DNA from: an uncultured Holophagales bacterium
GTDB lineage: Bacteria > Acidobacteriota > Thermoanaerobaculia > Multivoradales > UBA5704
Direction of reading: 5' to 3'
NCBI GenBank assembly: GCA_963842525.1
Contig: CAWJGT010000009.1
Span: forward strand, 864,001 to 928,000
Length of the DNA: 64,000 nucleotides
The notes beneath the pieces are model-generated. The model was not told the DNA's origin, did no database searches, and saw only the letters and a program-made list of their open reading frames with translations. The first letter of the stretch is position 1; the number at the start of each line of letters is the position of its first letter. Below are positions 9,768 through 19,935 of the stretch, piece by piece. The position numbers and the translations under genes were made by a program.

Positions 9768-12227
9768 TCACTTCGCCGCTCCGTCCGCCAACCCAAGATC
9801 GTCGAGGATCACCACGCCCTCGGGGCTGCGGTCGAAGACGAGTCGGATTTCCTGGAGGGCCGCTGGATCGAATCCGGGCTTGGCCGCGGCGAAGGCGCGC
9901 AGCGGCAGCTCGAAGGTCTGGAGGATCGGCTCCCAGGCGTCGCCATAGAGCTCGGCTTCGTCTTTCAGCTTGGTGAAATGGGACTGGAGCGGGATCGGCA
10001 AGGCGCGGAAGCGTGACAACGGCAGGCGGACGGTGGTTCCGTCATCCGCGACGAGCTCGACGGAGAGGTCGAGGGGCTCTTTGCCCTCCTTCTTGTCCCG
10101 CTCCTCCTTGGCTTCGCGCTCTTTCGCCTTCCGCTCTTCTTCCTTTTCCTCGGCCTTCTTCGCGGCCTCGCTTTTAGGCTTGTCGTCCTTCTTCGCTTTG
10201 TCCTTGGGGTCGGGCGGCTCGTCGCCGGAATCGGTCAGGGAGAAGACGAGCATGGATTCGGCGTCCGGGCCTTTCCAGTCGGGCGGCAGCTCGTGCGGCA
10301 GCCGGACGGCGTACGTTGCAACCTTTTTTGGCGTGGCGGAGTCGCGCTTCCAGCCGAGGACGACCACCTGGTTCTGCTTCGTGCCCTCTCCCTGGCGGAA
10401 GCCGAGGTCTTTCTCTTTCCAGAGGGCGAGATCGCGGCCTTCGATCTTAGCGCCTTTCAGGGCCGCCGTGGTCACGTCCACGTCCTCTTCGGAATCGGCG
10501 ACCGCGCGGAAGGTGGAGTCCTGGAACCGGGTGATGTAGAGGTCGTCGGGCAACCAGGCGCGGGCGCTTCGGCTGTCGCGGAAGAGGCCGACATAGGCCG
10601 GATTGTCATGGAGCGTCGCCTCCAGAAAGGCGGAGATGTAGACCACTCCGATCTTCCGTTGCGCCTCGGGCGTGAGGAGCGCGGCGCGGTTGAGGAGCAG
10701 GGAGCCGGGCTGACCGTTGTCGGCGTCGCCCCAGACGGTGTTGAACTGGCCGTGGTTGGCCCGGTAGCTGTAGAGGATCGCCTTGAAGGCATAGCGGCCG
10801 TCCTCGAAGGTGAGCCGGCGGTAGAGGCGCTCGCCGAGGAAGACCGAGACGTCGGCGTCGTGTGCCCCTTGGAGGAGGAGATAGCTGACGTCCGCAACCG
10901 GCGCCGGCTTGCCGGCGGGTTTGTACTGGCCGTCGCTCGGTGCGATGGCCACGACCGCGCGGATGTTGAAGTTGAAGCCGAGGGGCACGGTGGCGTCGTC
11001 GGGATAGCGGGGGAGGCGGTTGAAAGAGGCGGCAAGGCCCGCGGCCTCGCCGCCGCGTGAGTGGCCGATCAGGGCGATGCGGTCGAGGTTCACCTTGCGA
11101 TGGAAAGGATTTCCCGGCGTGCGGTTCCAGCCGCGCCAGACCTCCAGGTGCTTCAGGAGCATCCAGCCGCGGCCGTCGTTCTCCTTCTCCAGCCCGCCGG
11201 ACCAGGAGCCGTTGAAGAAGTTTTCGTCCACCGATACGGTGATGATCCCGCGGCTGGCGAGGAGCTTGCCCAGCCATTCGTAGCCGGGATCGGAGAAATC
11301 GGACATGTCGTGGTTGCCGTGGACGACGAGGACGAGCGGGAAGGGCCCAGGGCCGTCGGGGTACCAGACGCGGCCGTTGCGGGGGAACTTGTCGAAGCCG
11401 AAGCCCCAGTACCACTCGCGCACGTCGATGGTCCACCCTTCGTTGCCTTCGACGAACGGCGTCGCGTCCACGGTCGGGGCTTTGAGGTCGACATTGCGTC
11501 CAAATTCGGGGCGCCAGCGGTCGGTGCCGCTGCCGTAGGTCAGGGTGAGGACGCGGTAGGGGCCCGGCCGCGATGGATCGGCGGCGGCAATGGGTGCGAC
11601 GCGCACGGGATCGGGCCGCCGCAGCTTGACCAGGTGCTCGGTATTGCCGCGGTCGGCGATCCAGAGGACGAGCCAGACGTTGGCGGCCAGAGCGGCGAGG
11701 ACGGCCAGGACCAGAGCTGTGCGCTTCGCCGGCCGAAGGCGCTCCTTTCCCAGGAGCAGGACGAGGGCGCCGCCCAGGAAGGCCTCGACGAGCACGATCC
11801 CCAGGCCGGTCAGGATACCGAGCTGCGCCGGCAGCCCGAGCGTGAGCAGCCCGATGAGGAGGACGCCGAGCGCCCCGAAACCGGCCCAGCCGAGGAAGCG
11901 CGGGAGCAGGCTCAGGAGCTTCCAGGCCAGGACCACGGCGAGGCCGGCGAGCCCGGCGAAAATCAGCGCCACCAGGATGCCGGCCGGGATGTCCAACCGG
12001 AGTCCCACGCCGGGACGGAGGAAGGCGCCGACCAAGGCGACGAAGAGGCCGGCCGCGGCAACCGCCCCCCAGGCTGCACCCTTCCGCGTCCGCGGCCCCG
12101 GCTGTATCCGCTGCCAGGTGCGCGACAGCCAGCCGCGGAACCGTTGCCCTCGGCCCGGCCGGCCGGGCTGTTCCGGCTCGGCCGGGACGGGTTGGACCGC
12201 ATGCACCGGTTCGCTCGCCATGGGCAC
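9768..12227 (-). CDS. Membrane-anchored alpha/beta hydrolase
   Basis: N-terminal TMs, VLVVHGNH, nucleophile elbow GHSRGG and ANHGQFN. Confidence 0.85.
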   Translation of the reverse strand: MPMASEPVHAVQPVPAEPEQPGRPGRGQRFRGWLSRTWQRIQPGPRTRKGAAWGAVAAAGLFVALVGAFLRPGVGLRLDIPAGILVALIFAGLAGLAVVLAWKLLSLLPRFLGWAGFGALGVLLIGLLTLGLPAQLGILTGLGIVLVEAFLGGALVLLLGKERLRPAKRTALVLAVLAALAANVWLVLWIADRGNTEHLVKLRRPDPVRVAPIAAADPSRPGPYRVLTLTYGSGTDRWRPEFGRNVDLKAPTVDATPFVEGNEGWTIDVREWYWGFGFDKFPRNGRVWYPDGPGPFPLVLVVHGNHDMSDFSDPGYEWLGKLLASRGIITVSVDENFFNGSWSGGLEKENDGRGWMLLKHLEVWRGWNRTPGNPFHRKVNLDRIALIGHSRGGEAAGLAASFNRLPRYPDDATVPLGFNFNIRAVVAIAPSDGQYKPAGKPAPVADVSYLLLQGAHDADVSVFLGERLYRRLTFEDGRYAFKAILYSYRANHGQFNTVWGDADNGQPGSLLLNRAALLTPEAQRKIGVVYISAFLEATLHDNPAYVGLFRDSRSARAWLPDDLYITRFQDSTFRAVADSEEDVDVTTAALKGAKIEGRDLALWKEKDLGFRQGEGTKQNQVVVLGWKRDSATPKKVATYAVRLPHELPPDWKGPDAESMLVFSLTDSGDEPPDPKDKAKKDDKPKSEAAKKAEEKEEERKAKEREAKEERDKKEGKEPLDLSVELVADDGTTVRLPLSRFRALPIPLQSHFTKLKDEAELYGDAWEPILQTFELPLRAFAAAKPGFDPAALQEIRLVFDRSPEGVVILDDLGLADGAAK

Positions 12228-12334
12228 ACCTCCTCCAGGTCTGGTGATCTACGCCCTGGAGGATAGAACGAGTCGGAGGCGGGCAAGGTTGCTGCGAGGT
12301 GGGATCGCGACCCGATCCCATCTCACCACCGCAT

Positions 12335-13666
12335 TCATCCGCCGGCAGGCTCCGGGATGGCCGGCAGGGGTGGGGGCGGCGGCTCCACGACGCTTCCCGG
12401 TGCGGGCGTCAGGACCGAGTACACCTCGCGCGGGGCGAGCCCCAGCCAGGGGTCCCAGCCGGGTGTCCGGAACAGCTCCCGGTAGACCCTGCTGTTGAAG
12501 TCTTCCAGGTTGGGTACGAGCTCAGCCTCGGCGAGCCAGGAGTGGATGGTGGCGTGGAGGAGGTATTCGTTGCGCACCGTGTCCTCGGCCAGAAGCTCTT
12601 CGAAGCGAGCGAACGACGGTTCCAGGCCGTGTGCGCCGACCCAGGAGCCGAGCTTGCTGCGGAGCAGCCGCCGGCTGGCGTCGTCGAGGACCGCCTCGTC
12701 GCGGTGGAGGGACGCGACGTCCACCGGGGTGATCTCGGCCGCGTCGGGAGCCTGGACGCGGTCCAGTGTGATTGCCGTGAGGAACGACTGCTCCCCGGCC
12801 GACTTCATCATCGTGAGCCGCGACAACCGGACAGCCGAGTAGATCGGCTTGCCCCCGCCCCAGCGGGCCGCGCTGATGGTGGATGCAGCCATGATTTCGG
12901 GTATCTCCACCCCCAGCTCCTGGAGGTCCCGGGTGAGGGCGCTCTGAAGGGACTCGAGCCGGTCGCGATGGTACCGCGCGCTCCTCTTGGCAAACTTCGG
13001 GTCCGGGAGGTCCGCCAGCCGCTTCGCCTCGGCCTCGGCCTGGCCCAGCGCTTTCAGGAAGGCCTGCGGTCCGTAGAGGCCGGGCAGGGCGTCGACAAGC
13101 CGGCCGTTCTGGTCCAGCACGTAGTGGATGCTGTTTCCTGTGATCGTCCCTTCGAGGCGCCGGCCGTCCCCGAAGTCGACGGTCACCTTGGGCACCGGCC
13201 GTTCCGACTGCCAATACAGCACGAAGCGGTCGCGCAGCACGCTGGAGACCGATTCGTTGGCGTACAGCACGGCGCGGAAAAAACGGCTGTTGGCGCAGCT
13301 CAGCTCCTCGTCCAGCCGGCCGAGCAGGCGCAGGGAGAGGATCGGCCTGCCGGTCCGTTGCGCCGCCTCGCGGGCCGACGCGAGGTCGGTATACCAGTAG
13401 AGGTGAGAGGCGGCGCAGTCCCGCTGCGCGCAGACCGCGTCGAGGGCCGCCTGGAACGCAGGGCTCTCGCCCAGATCGGGCTCGGCTTCCGCGAAGGCGA
13501 GCATGTCCTCGACGCCCGAAGGCCCGGCGGCGCGCAGCTCCGCGATCGCCGCGGCGTCGCCACCTGCCGCGCGATGGAGCAGGTCCGGCGTGGCCGTGAC
13601 GGCTGCACAGATGCCGAGGCTGGCGCCCAGCAGAAGGATCACTGACTTCCATGTTCTGGGTTGCAT
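12335..13666 (-). CDS. Exported protein with thioredoxin-like segment resembling the selenoprotein N catalytic region
   Basis: Signal peptide and WYTDLASAREAAQRTGRPILSLRLLGRLDEELSCANSRFFR motif. Confidence 0.65.
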   Translation of the reverse strand: MQPRTWKSVILLLGASLGICAAVTATPDLLHRAAGGDAAAIAELRAAGPSGVEDMLAFAEAEPDLGESPAFQAALDAVCAQRDCAASHLYWYTDLASAREAAQRTGRPILSLRLLGRLDEELSCANSRFFRAVLYANESVSSVLRDRFVLYWQSERPVPKVTVDFGDGRRLEGTITGNSIHYVLDQNGRLVDALPGLYGPQAFLKALGQAEAEAKRLADLPDPKFAKRSARYHRDRLESLQSALTRDLQELGVEIPEIMAASTISAARWGGGKPIYSAVRLSRLTMMKSAGEQSFLTAITLDRVQAPDAAEITPVDVASLHRDEAVLDDASRRLLRSKLGSWVGAHGLEPSFARFEELLAEDTVRNEYLLHATIHSWLAEAELVPNLEDFNSRVYRELFRTPGWDPWLGLAPREVYSVLTPAPGSVVEPPPPPLPAIPEPAGG

Positions 13667-13776
13667 TGCATCCTCCTTTCGATCGTGGCCAGTCTAGGAT
13701 CTGGCCGGGCCTCGTTTCGTAACGCCTCTGTAACTTCGGCCCGGGCTGCCGAACCCGTGCGCTAGACTGAACGCGC

Positions 13777-14469
13777 ATGACCTGCCGCACCGTGCTCGTG
13801 ATCGAGGATGACCTGGCCATTCGCCGCGGTCTGCGCGACGCCCTGCGCTACGAGGGATACGAGGTCCAGGAGGCGGGCGATGCCGCCGCGGGAGAACGGC
13901 TGGCGCTGGACAGCGATGCCGACCTCGTCCTCCTCGACCTGGTGTTGCCGCGGGGGGACGGGCTCGCGGTGCTGTCGCGGATCCGCGCGGCAAAGCCCGC
14001 ATTGCCGGTCATCCTGATTACCGCGCGGGGCTCCGAAGAGGACCGCGTGCGCGGCCTGCGGCTCGGCGCCGACGACTACGTGGTGAAGCCCTTCAGCGTT
14101 CGCGAGCTGCTGGCACGCGTCGAGTCGGTCCTGCGGCGCTCGCCGGAGAGGCAGGCCGGCGTGGCCTCGCTCCCGCTGCCTGGCGGCGAAGTGGATCTCG
14201 ACCGCCTGGAGATCCGGTTCGCGGACGGGCCGAGCGTCGAGCTGACGCCGCTGGAGGCCGACCTGCTCCGCTATCTGGCATCGAGCACCGACCGCGCCCT
14301 GTCACGCGAAGAGCTGCTCCTGCGCATCTGGAAGCTCGACCCGCGGCACGTGCAGACCCGCTCTGTGGACATGGCCGTCGCACGTCTGCGAAAGAAGCTG
14401 CGCGACGACGTCGATCCGCCCCGTCTCCTCCTCACGGTGCGTGGCAAGGGCTACAAGCTGGCGCGATGA
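13777..14469 (+). CDS. OmpR/PhoB-family response regulator
   Basis: Receiver domain (VIEDD, LLDLVLP, DDYVVKPF) plus winged helix (RSVDMAVARLRKKL, TVRGKGY). Confidence 0.95.
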   Translation: MTCRTVLVIEDDLAIRRGLRDALRYEGYEVQEAGDAAAGERLALDSDADLVLLDLVLPRGDGLAVLSRIRAAKPALPVILITARGSEEDRVRGLRLGADDYVVKPFSVRELLARVESVLRRSPERQAGVASLPLPGGEVDLDRLEIRFADGPSVELTPLEADLLRYLASSTDRALSREELLLRIWKLDPRHVQTRSVDMAVARLRKKLRDDVDPPRLLLTVRGKGYKLAR

Positions 14470-16112
14470 TCTGGCGGCGGCTCGCTCTCGGCCTGGCTCT
14501 TGCGGTCGCCGTGACCGTGCTCGCGGGCGCGCTGGTCTGGATCACCCGTACGACCCTGAAGCTCGAAGAGGACCAGGTTGAGGCACAGCGTCTCGCGACC
14601 CAGGAGGAGAAGGTCCGGCTCGCGCTGTGGCGCCTGGATTCGGCGCTCACCGCCTTTGTCGGCCGCGAGAACTCGCGCCCCGCCGAGCCGTTCCCGAAAG
14701 AAAACCGGAGTGATGACGTCTACAGCCGCTTCGAACGGAGCCGGTTCGATGTGAGCGCTGGACGTTCGGCCCGCGCGGCTTCGGATGGCGGCGTGCCCGT
14801 CGAGACGCTCTTCGCCGCTCTCGCCGCGTCGCCTTCGCTGCCCGAGCTGCCGCCGGCTCCCCGGCCGCCTCCGCCGCCGGAGCCCAAGCAGATCGCACAG
14901 GCAGAACCGGACCCGCAGGAGATCCAGTCCCTGCTGAACGAGAACGAGTTCGTCCAGCGCAGCATGAACATGTCCCAGCAGACGGCCTTGTACGTGCCAC
15001 CTGCAGGCCCCCCTGCCCCGACCGGCCGCCAGCAGGCTGGTCCGGCCCCGCGCCAGGTTGAAACCACGTTCCAGCCGGTGTGGGTGGGGGAGGACCTCTA
15101 CCTCGTGCGGCGGGTGCGCCAGGGCCGGGAGGTGCGTCTCCAGGGAATCGCGATCGAATGGCCGGAGATGCGCGGCTGGATGCTCGATCAGGTGCGTGAT
15201 TTACTCCCGCGCGGCGCCCTCCTGCCGGCTGTCGCGAAGACGGCCGATCCCGGGCGCCGCCTCGCTCTGCTGCCGGTGCGCCTGGTCCCGGGCCCGCTGC
15301 CCACGCCGGCGTCCCCTGCCTGGACCCCGGCGCGGCTCACCCTGGCCGCGGCCTCCGGGGCCATCGTGCTCGTCGTGGGAGGATTCGCGGCGCTCCTCCT
15401 CGGCAGCCTCCACCAGAGCCGGCGGCGCGCCGACTTCGTCTCCGCAGTCACCCATGAGCTGCGCACCCCGCTCACCACCTTCCGGATGTACGCGGACATG
15501 CTGGCCGACGGCATGGTCCCGGCCGGCCAACAGGGGGAGTACCTCGACACCCTCCGGGTCGAGGCGGGCCGCCTCGGGCACCTGGTAGAAAACGTGCTCG
15601 CCTACGCGCGCCTGGAGCGGCGGTCGCGGCACGTCGAGCCCGAGCCGGTGGATTTGGAAGCGTTCCTCCAGGAGATGGAGGACCGGCTCGGCGAGCTTGC
15701 GGCCCGTGGCGGCTTCGAGGTGGTGCTTCATCCGGCCGGCGACGCCGCGGGGGCCTGCGTCCTGGTCGATCGCGGCGCGGTCGAGCGCATCCTCCTCAAC
15801 TGGGTGGACAACGCCTGCAAGTACGCCGCGGAGGCCGAAGACCGCAGGCTGGAGATCCAGCCGCTGCGGCGGGGCTCGTCCGTCATCCTACGCCTGCGGG
15901 ACCACGGGCCGGGCATCCCGCAGCCCGAGCGCCGGCGGATCTTCCGTCCCTTCCACAAATCCGCCCACCGCGCCGCCGCCAGCGCGCCCGGCGTAGGCCT
16001 CGGGCTCACGCTCAGCCGCGGGCTCGCCCGCAGCCAGGGAGGCGATCTGCGGCTGGTCGATGCCGAGGGGGGAGGGGCGGCGTTCGAGCTGCGGCTGCAG
16101 GTAGTGTGTTGA
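14466..16112 (+). CDS. Sensor histidine kinase
   Basis: Two TMs, H-box VTHELRTPLT, N-box NWVDNACKY, DHGPGI and GVGLGL. ATGA overlap with the regulator. Confidence 0.93.
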   Translation: MIWRRLALGLALAVAVTVLAGALVWITRTTLKLEEDQVEAQRLATQEEKVRLALWRLDSALTAFVGRENSRPAEPFPKENRSDDVYSRFERSRFDVSAGRSARAASDGGVPVETLFAALAASPSLPELPPAPRPPPPPEPKQIAQAEPDPQEIQSLLNENEFVQRSMNMSQQTALYVPPAGPPAPTGRQQAGPAPRQVETTFQPVWVGEDLYLVRRVRQGREVRLQGIAIEWPEMRGWMLDQVRDLLPRGALLPAVAKTADPGRRLALLPVRLVPGPLPTPASPAWTPARLTLAAASGAIVLVVGGFAALLLGSLHQSRRRADFVSAVTHELRTPLTTFRMYADMLADGMVPAGQQGEYLDTLRVEAGRLGHLVENVLAYARLERRSRHVEPEPVDLEAFLQEMEDRLGELAARGGFEVVLHPAGDAAGACVLVDRGAVERILLNWVDNACKYAAEAEDRRLEIQPLRRGSSVILRLRDHGPGIPQPERRRIFRPFHKSAHRAAASAPGVGLGLTLSRGLARSQGGDLRLVDAEGGGAAFELRLQVVC

Positions 16113-16118
16113 CCAGGT

Positions 16119-16415
16119 CTAACGCCGGCCGATCCAGTACTCGGGATGACGTTTCTGGTGAGCTACAGCCAGAATACGGATTCTACCTTTCGGGAGAGGG
16201 CGATACAGCAGGGAGTAGGGAAACTTGGGGAGAACGAGCCGCCGAGTGTTGCCTCGGATCTTCGGAGCAATCTCCGGATAATCCATGAGGAGCGCCACAC
16301 CAGCCTCTACCTCATCGAGGAAGCGACGACCAAGGCCGGGCACCTCTCGTTCATAGTGTTCGATCGCCTCGGCGAGCTCGCGCTCGGCCAAGCGATTGAA
16401 GATAGCGCCCCTCAT
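16119..16415 (-). CDS. RelE/ParE-family toxin
   Basis: AERELAEAIEHYE...GLGRRFLDEV...FPYSLLYR...ILAVAHQKRHPEYW. Confidence 0.9.
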   Translation of the reverse strand: MRGAIFNRLAERELAEAIEHYEREVPGLGRRFLDEVEAGVALLMDYPEIAPKIRGNTRRLVLPKFPYSLLYRPLPKGRIRILAVAHQKRHPEYWIGRR

Positions 16416-16648
16416 CCGAGAGACGAGCGGAGGCGCTGGAAGACCTCCTCAGCCGGAATCTCCGGCTCCTCTCCGCTCTCCATCGCCAGATCCCGGCGCT
16501 CCGCTTCCTCTGCCCAGACCTGGGCAACCCTCTCGTCGATCTCCAGACTATGCTCGTATTTCAGGAGCAGGCGCTCCAATAGCTCGGCGCGGTCTCCTGG
16601 AGGCAGCCTGAGGGCTTCGGCTTCGATCTCGTCGATCGTCAGGTTCAT
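16412..16648 (-). CDS. Addiction-module antitoxin (TIGR02574-like)
   Basis: EALRLPPGDRAELLERLL...WAEEAERR...IPAEEVF. Overlaps the toxin start. Confidence 0.88.
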   Translation of the reverse strand: MNLTIDEIEAEALRLPPGDRAELLERLLLKYEHSLEIDERVAQVWAEEAERRDLAMESGEEPEIPAEEVFQRLRSSLG

Positions 16649-16732
16649 AGGTTCCCCTCGGTCATTCCGATCTCGGCAACTCATATCTTATACTGCCATC
16701 GGAATACTTTCTACCCTTGCCGAGACCGGCCG

Positions 16733-18628
16733 TCACCAACCGATCCCGTAGTCCTCGCCGAAATCGCTGGCGCCGCCCCACATGGTGCCGTGCTCGTGGT
16801 CGAAAAGGATGGCGTTGGTGGGACCGGAGGTGCGCTCTTCGACCTCGATCCTGTAGCCCATCTTCTGCAGCTCGGCCCTCACCCAGGACGGGGTGCTGGC
16901 ATGCACCATGACCCGCCCTGGCTGGGATTCGTGATTCCCGAAGGAGCTGCGCATCTGGAAGCTGTTGATGTTGGGGCCTTCAACCGCCTCCTGGACGTTC
17001 ATCCCGAACTCCACGACGTCGAGGAAGAACTGGAGGAGGTTCTGGTCCTGCGTGTCGCCACCCTGGACCGCGAAGGCCAGATAGGGCTTGCCGTTCTTGA
17101 GGGCCAGGGTGGGGGTGAGCGTCACGCGTGGGTGCTTGCCGGGCACCAGCACGTTGAAGGGGTTCTGCCCCTCGTCCAGCACGAAGCTCTGCATGCGCTG
17201 CGAAAGGCCGATGCCGGTGCGGCCGGCCACGAAGGCCGGCACCCAGCCGCCGCTCGGCGTCACGGACACCACCCAGCCCTCCTCGTCGGCGGCCTCGATC
17301 GAGGTCGTCCCGGCGCGGAAGCCTTCGTCGAAGCTCATCGCCGGTTCGAGGGAAGCATTGTGCGGCTGCGTCCAGCTCTTCGACTCCTCGGGCGTCCCCC
17401 ATTTCTCCAGGAGCTGGAGAAAAGGGTTCTTTTTCCCCTGCCCTTCGAACGGATAGGGGTCGCCCGGCTTGACCGCCGGATCGTTGCGCTCCCAGTTGAT
17501 CTGCTTCCGCCGGGTTTCGGCATAAGCCTTGGACAGCAGCCCCTGGACAGGCTCCTCGGGCGGGAAGTACGGGTCGCCGTAGTAGAAGTCGCGGTCGGCG
17601 AAAGCCAGGTTCATGGCCTGATAAATGGTATGGATATAGCGCGAGCTGTTGAGCCCCATCCCTTTCAAGTCCAGGGGCTCCAGGATGTTCAGGGCCTGGA
17701 GCATCGCGGGACCCTGGGTCCAGACCGTCAGCTTGTAGACGTCGATCCCCTTGTAGGTGGTCTTGACCGGCTCCTCGATCCTCACCTGCCATTTCGCCAG
17801 GTCGTCGCGGGTGATGAGGCCGCCCTGTTCCTGCGTGCCGCGGGCGAGCTCTTCGGCAATGTCGCCCTTGTAGAAACGGTCGTAGGCGGCCTGGATGGCC
17901 TCCTTGCGGTTCTTGCCCTGGGACAGGGCCTGCCGCTCGGCCTCCACCAGCTTGCGCAGGGTGGCGGCCAGGTCGGGCTGGCGGAAGACCTCGCCGGCCC
18001 AGGGCGCCTCCCGAGTCTCCCCGAGGTGGGGGAGGAAGACGGCGCGGGAGGCAGGCCACTCCTTGATCCGCTTCTTCTCGGCCTCGATCCGGTTGGTGAG
18101 CTGCGCCTCGATGGGGAAGCCGTCGGCCATCTGGATCGCCGGCCCGAGGACGTCGGCAAGCGAGAGGCGTCCATACTCCGCCAGCATCACCATGAGCCCA
18201 CCCGGCGTGCCCGGGGTCACCGCCGCCAGAGGTCCGTACTCCGGCGGATAGGCCATGTTCTTGCCGTGGTAGTAGTCCGGCGTCGCCCCGGTGGGCGCCA
18301 CGCCCAGCGCGTTGATGCCGATGACCTTGCGGGTCTTGGGGTTCCAGATCAGGGCCTGGGTCTCGCCGCCCCAGCCCAGGGTGTCCCACATGGTGCAGGT
18401 GGCGGCCAGCATGGCGCACGCGGCATCCACGGCGTTGCCGCCCTTCTGGAACATCATGGCGCCGGCCGTGGCCGCGAGCGGCTTGCCGGTGATGGCCAGC
18501 CAGTGGCGGGCATGGAGAACAGGCTTGGCGGTGCGGGCCGTCCCAGGCTGGACAGCCAGGCTGGTGACCAGGAGCGCGAGCGTTGCGGCGAGCAGAGCGG
18601 GGCGACGAAGACCGGAGAGCTGGGCCAT
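16733..18628 (-). CDS. ggt: Gamma-glutamyltransferase family protein
   Basis: GGNAVDAA, FYKGDIA, autocleavage TTSIEAAD and QGGDTQDQ motifs, plus a signal peptide. Confidence 0.9.
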   Translation of the reverse strand: MAQLSGLRRPALLAATLALLVTSLAVQPGTARTAKPVLHARHWLAITGKPLAATAGAMMFQKGGNAVDAACAMLAATCTMWDTLGWGGETQALIWNPKTRKVIGINALGVAPTGATPDYYHGKNMAYPPEYGPLAAVTPGTPGGLMVMLAEYGRLSLADVLGPAIQMADGFPIEAQLTNRIEAEKKRIKEWPASRAVFLPHLGETREAPWAGEVFRQPDLAATLRKLVEAERQALSQGKNRKEAIQAAYDRFYKGDIAEELARGTQEQGGLITRDDLAKWQVRIEEPVKTTYKGIDVYKLTVWTQGPAMLQALNILEPLDLKGMGLNSSRYIHTIYQAMNLAFADRDFYYGDPYFPPEEPVQGLLSKAYAETRRKQINWERNDPAVKPGDPYPFEGQGKKNPFLQLLEKWGTPEESKSWTQPHNASLEPAMSFDEGFRAGTTSIEAADEEGWVVSVTPSGGWVPAFVAGRTGIGLSQRMQSFVLDEGQNPFNVLVPGKHPRVTLTPTLALKNGKPYLAFAVQGGDTQDQNLLQFFLDVVEFGMNVQEAVEGPNINSFQMRSSFGNHESQPGRVMVHASTPSWVRAELQKMGYRIEVEERTSGPTNAILFDHEHGTMWGGASDFGEDYGIGW

Positions 18629-18766
18629 GGTTCCTCCTCCTCTTCGGGGCAGGAGTCTACAGGAGGAGGGTGTGAAACTTTTTGCCCGCCCAATCGCCTA
18701 TGATTGACGAAACAACTGGACAACGGCCCGGGAATAGTGGCCCGGCGATCGTCCGGGGAGGTGCAT

Positions 18767-19816
18767 ATGCCCAAGCGACTGGCGCTCTTCTTTGACGGGA
18801 CCTGGAACACCCCGGATTCCAACGAGGATGTCGACGGCGATAAGAACACCAACGTCTGCAGGCTGTATAAGGCGGTGCTGCCGGCCGGGGGCGGGACCAA
18901 GCAGGTCGCCTGGTACCAGGAAGGCGTCGGGACGAAGTGGTACAACCGGCTGCGGGGCGGCATTTTCGGCGTCGGCCTGTCGACCAACATCCAGAACGGC
19001 TACCGGTTCCTGATCGACAGCTACGAGCCGGGAGACGAGGTCTTCCTCTTCGGCTTCAGCCGGGGGGCCTATACGGCGCGCAGCCTCGTGGGACTGGTCC
19101 GCAACTCGGGCCTGCTCAAGAAGGAACACGCCTCCCTGGTGCCTCAGGCCTACTCCCTCTACCGGACCCGGGACAAAGAGGGCGGCGGAGCGGACTCGGC
19201 AAACGCGCGGTTCTTCCGCCAGAAGTATGCGCGCGACGCCAAGATCAAATGCCTCGGGGTCTGGGACACGGTCGGCGCGCTGGGCGTCCCCCTGTCATCC
19301 TTCGAGTGGTTCAACCGCTCCTACTATGCGTTCCATGACACGGAGCTGAGCGGCATCGTCGAGAACGCCTTCCACGCCCTCGCCATCGACGAGCACCGGG
19401 AGGACTACCCGGCGACGCTCTGGGCACCGAAGGCGAAGCCCAACCAGCGGATCGAGCAGGTCTGGTTCGCGGGTGCCCATTCCAACGTCGGAGGCGGCTA
19501 TACCGACAAGGTCCTGGCGGACATCACCTTGGACTGGATGGCCGGCCGGGCGACGTCCTGTGGTCTCATCTTCGACCGTGCGAAGCTCCCGCGCATCCAG
19601 GAGAGTAATGTCCGGGGAGCAGTCCGGGATTCGTACAAAGAGTTCATGGGTGGCAAGTACGCGAAGGCCCGCAAGCCCTACTACCGCGCGATCGGGTCCG
19701 CGGAGCATGGCTTCGAGGAGATCCACCCGTCGGTCGTCGGCCGGCTGGGAAGCGGCGGCTATTCGCTGGACAAGCACCGGGTGGGCAAGTTCGTCAAGGG
19801 CTTGCCGCAACGGTGA
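18767..19816 (+). CDS. DUF2235 (Tle1-like) alpha/beta hydrolase domain protein
   Basis: FFDGTWN, TNVCRLY, FGFSRGAYTARS, GVWDTVGALG, HALAIDEHR and WFAGAHSNVGGG. Confidence 0.92.
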   Translation: MPKRLALFFDGTWNTPDSNEDVDGDKNTNVCRLYKAVLPAGGGTKQVAWYQEGVGTKWYNRLRGGIFGVGLSTNIQNGYRFLIDSYEPGDEVFLFGFSRGAYTARSLVGLVRNSGLLKKEHASLVPQAYSLYRTRDKEGGGADSANARFFRQKYARDAKIKCLGVWDTVGALGVPLSSFEWFNRSYYAFHDTELSGIVENAFHALAIDEHREDYPATLWAPKAKPNQRIEQVWFAGAHSNVGGGYTDKVLADITLDWMAGRATSCGLIFDRAKLPRIQESNVRGAVRDSYKEFMGGKYAKARKPYYRAIGSAEHGFEEIHPSVVGRLGSGGYSLDKHRVGKFVKGLPQR

Positions 19817-19829
19817 ATGATTCTGGGCT

Positions 19830-19896
19830 TCACTCCTCCCGCAGCGCCAGGGACGGTGACGTGCGGGCCATCTTCCAGGCAGGGTAGAGGCCGGCG
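19830..19896 (-). repeat. Diverged duplicate of the last 67 bp of the ABC permease gene (att-like direct repeat, copy 1)
   Basis: 60/67 identical to 22535..22601. Encodes AGLYPAWKMARTSPSLALREE* versus [21 protein letters not shown]. Confidence 0.9.
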
Positions 19897-19935
19897 CCTC
19901 CCAGGCAGGAGCCAGGGGCGCGAGAGAGCGGCACG

